A stretch of 64,000 bases of DNA from Prorocentrum cordatum (Eukaryota): NCBI GenBank assembly GCA_963575745.1, contig CAUYUJ010000002.1:1860001-1924000 (forward strand). Reading direction: 5' to 3'. Positions within the stretch are counted from its first letter, which is position 1. Each line of letters starts with the position of its first letter. Both the position numbers and the translations under genes were made by a program. Positions 61,326 through 64,000 of the stretch are shown in pieces. Under the pieces are notes generated by a model that was not told the DNA's origin, searched no databases, and saw nothing but the letters and a program-made list of their open reading frames with translations.

Positions 61326-61747
61326 AGGTGGCCCCCCAGCGTGGCCCCGCGCAGCCGTGGCCCGTGCACGGGGGCCCCCAGGCGCCGAGGGCGCGATGGG
61401 ACTCGCGCGCGGCCTGCGCCCAGCGTTGCGCCGCCCGAGTCACCCGTGAAAGAGGACGTGAGCGCCGCACCACGCTCGGCGGCGGCGCGGCGGAGGGCGC
61501 GCCTGCGGCGCGCGACTGCGCGGTGGGCTCAGCAGCGCGCCGTGGAGGCCATTCACCTGCTGGACCCGCCCGCGGCTTCGCCGGCAGCGCTCCCCGGCCT
61601 CGCCGACGCCTTCGGGGAGGGCCTGGCGGCGGGCTGGCGGCTTGCGGACACGTGGGCCACAGCTGCACTCCTGTCGGAGGCACCTTGGTTGGGCGGGCAG
61701 CGGATGCAGGCTTACTCAGAAGAAGGCTGGCCCGAGAAGGCGAGCCC

Positions 61748-63530
61748 TTGTGAGAAGCGGGAGGCGAAGATAGAGCCCAACATGACCAGCTACAGCGCTG
61801 CGATCAGGGAGTGCGATGAGGGGAAGGCGATGATAGAGCCTGCCACCACCACCCGACTCAGCTCTGGGATCTGCGCGCGCGAGCTGCGGGAGGCGAGGAG
61901 CGAGCCCGACACGTTCAGCCACAGCGCGGAGACCAGGGCTCGCGAGAAGGGAACGGCGAAGCTGGAGCCTAACATGCCTATCTCCTCGACACCCCTCGTC
62001 GCCACGGTTGGATCATGCGAGAAAGGGAAGGCGAAGCTGGAGCCCGATAGCCCTTCCCACGACTCGGAGAACAAGGCAAACCTGGACTCCGACACCCTCA
62101 GCGAGAAGTGCGAGAAAGGGGAGGCGAAGACGGAACCCGACATCATCAGCTACAGCGCTGGGATAAGGGCGCGCGGAAAAGGGGGGGCGAAGCTGGGGCG
62201 CGAGAGGTGGGGGGCTCAGACAGAGCCCGACATCCTCAGCTACAGCGCTGAGATCAGGGCGAGCGAGATGGACAAGCTGGAACCAGACACCGCTAGCCAC
62301 AGCACTGGGCACAGCACGTGCGAGAAGAGCGAGGCTACATGGTCGTCCCCGTTGCTGCGGCGCTGGCCCTGGTCAGAGCTGCGCGCGCGCGCGCAGAGGG
62401 AAACCGACGCCATCAGCTACAACGCTGGAACCAGGGCGTGCGAGAAGGAGCAAGCGAAGCTGGAGCCAGATACCCTCCGCGAGAAGTGCGAGAAGGGAGA
62501 GGCGAAGATAGAGCCCGACATCATCAGCTATAGCGATGAGACCAGGGAGCGCGAGAAGGGCGACGCGAAGCTGGAGCCCGACACCGCCAGCCAATGCAGT
62601 GGAAACAGCGCGTGCGAGATGAGCGGAGACACGTTCAGCTGCAGCGCAGAGACCAGCGCGCTCGGGAAGGGGAAGGGGAAGGCGAAGCTGGAGCCCGACA
62701 CCCCAGATCACAGCTCTGAGAACAGCGCGTGCGCGAAGTCGGGAGCGAATGTGGAGCCCGACGTGCGGGCGCGCGCCGAGGCTGAGGCCAGCGACCCTGA
62801 GAACAGCGAGAGCGACCAGTGGGAGGCGAGGAGTGAGCCCGACACGGTCAGCTACAACGCAGCAGCCAGGGCTCGCGAGGCCCATGAGGCGGCGGAAGTC
62901 GAAAGGTGGCTCATTGGCCTGTGCGGCCACACGTGCGGAGTACCCATGGTGGGCGTGGTACGGCAGCTGGAGCGAGACGGAGTCGACATCGAGTCCGTGG
63001 AAGCCTACTTGGCTTCCCGCCACTCCAAGAGCAAGAAGACGTTCCTCCTGGAAGGAGAGGGGCTCGTCTTTGCGCAGGCGCGCAAGGGATGCGAGAAGGA
63101 GGGGGGTGAAGCGGTCAGACACACGACACAGCGAGAAGTGCGAGAAGAGGGAGGCGAAGACGGAACCCGACATCATCGGCTACCGAGCTGGGAACAGGGC
63201 GTGCGAGCGAGACGCAAGAGTCCAAGAACGGCCTCGAGAACTACTGCTTCACCATGCGCAACACGCTGAGGGAGAAAAGGGTCAACGAGACGTTCGAGGC
63301 CGGCGTAATGGAGCAAGGCGAGAAGCCAGTCCAGGACACCCTTGACAGGTTCGACAAGAACCAGCTCGCCGAGAGGGACGAGTTCGAGAGCAAGCGGAAG
63401 GAGCTGGAGGGCATGGTAAACCTTCTCACGCGGCAGCCGCTGACGAGAGAAGTGCGATAAGGGAAGAGAGCCTGACGCAACCAGCTACAGCGCTGCGATC
63501 GCGCGGGCAATGGAGAAGGGCGGACCTGTG
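61748..63530 (+). pseudogene. Mosaic of degenerate pentatricopeptide-repeat (PPR)-derived half motifs
   Basis: More than a dozen units like EAK(L/I/T)EP(D/N)xxSYSAxxRACEKG, e.g. EPNMTSYSAAIRECDEG, EPDIISYSAGIRARGKG and EPDTVSYNAAARAREA. These match the first half of dinoflagellate PPR motifs (PDVISYSAAISACEKG). Confidence 0.75.
63218..63427 (+). pseudogene. HSP70: Diverged intronless fragment of cytosolic HSP70 (C-terminal lid helices)
   Basis: ESKNGLENYCFTMRNTL...FEAG...EKPVQDTLDRFDKNQLAERDEFESKRKELEGMVN matches the HSP70 pattern AKNGLENYCFxMRNT...LDWLDKNQLAEKDEFExKQKELE. Confidence 0.9.
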
Positions 63531-63644
63531 AGAAGGACGCCCGAGGGCGCTGCGGGAAGCGCCAGCCGCCCCGCGCGCGCGCGCGAGGCCCGCGCGCGCG
63601 AGGCGGGACGCCAGGAAGCTGGCCGCTCGAAAGGGTCGAAAGGG

Positions 63645-63708
63645 CTCCTCCTCCTCCTCTTCCTCCTCCTCCTCCTCCTCCTCCTCCTCCTCCTCCTCCT
63701 CCTCCTCC
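63645..63708. repeat. (CCT)n tract
   Basis: Directly visible. Confidence 0.95.
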
Positions 63709-64000
63709 AGGGCGGTTTGGGCGAGGCCGGGGGGGCATTGGGCCATGCCTTTCGGTAGGGTGGTCTCGCACAGCCCAGCCCGTAGGGCGGGGGCCGCCGG
63801 GTCTGCTGAATTGCGCCCCCCTTTGCTGCTGGCCCCCCCGGCGCTGAGCCATCGCGTGAATTCCCTGCGCTTCGCGCTCTGCTCGTCTGGGGCGCGCAAA
63901 GTCTGAGCGTTGCAAGCGCCCGCTCCCCTCCTCCTTTTCCTCCTCCTCCTCCTCCTCCTCCTCTCCTCGCTTTTCCCCTCTCCCTCTTCGCCCTCTCCCT

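Overview
GC-rich, repeat-dense eukaryotic nuclear DNA, most likely from a dinoflagellate. This is inferred from GC/GA splice donors, relics of the dinoflagellate spliced leader, PPR-derived EPDxxSYSA repeats and alveolate-type ATP1 and HSP70 sequences. Most ORFs in the supplied track are artefacts of (CCT)n/(GGA)n tracts. The one convincing host gene is the 3' part of the mitochondrial ATP synthase F1 alpha subunit: four short exons (8432-14669) separated by GC-AG, GA-AG and GC-AG introns. The rest is mostly retroelement debris. There is a LINE 3' fragment at the start of the window and a 17-kb cluster of three non-LTR retrotransposons (27.3-44 kb), two of which carry RNase H and lie tail to tail. 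There is also a gag-protease remnant of an LTR retrotransposon, several minisatellites and fold-back elements, an intronless orphan ORF split by an 8-bp duplication, and a PPR-half-motif mosaic containing an HSP70 fragment. The most unusual signal is the ~1.6-kb leader of the best-preserved LINE (42.45-44.05 kb). It has no recognisable ORF1 but is packed with sense-strand hairpins, including three related stem-loops with AUG in the tetraloop and a duplicated 35-nt motif. All protein-family assignments are by eye from motifs; no searches were run.
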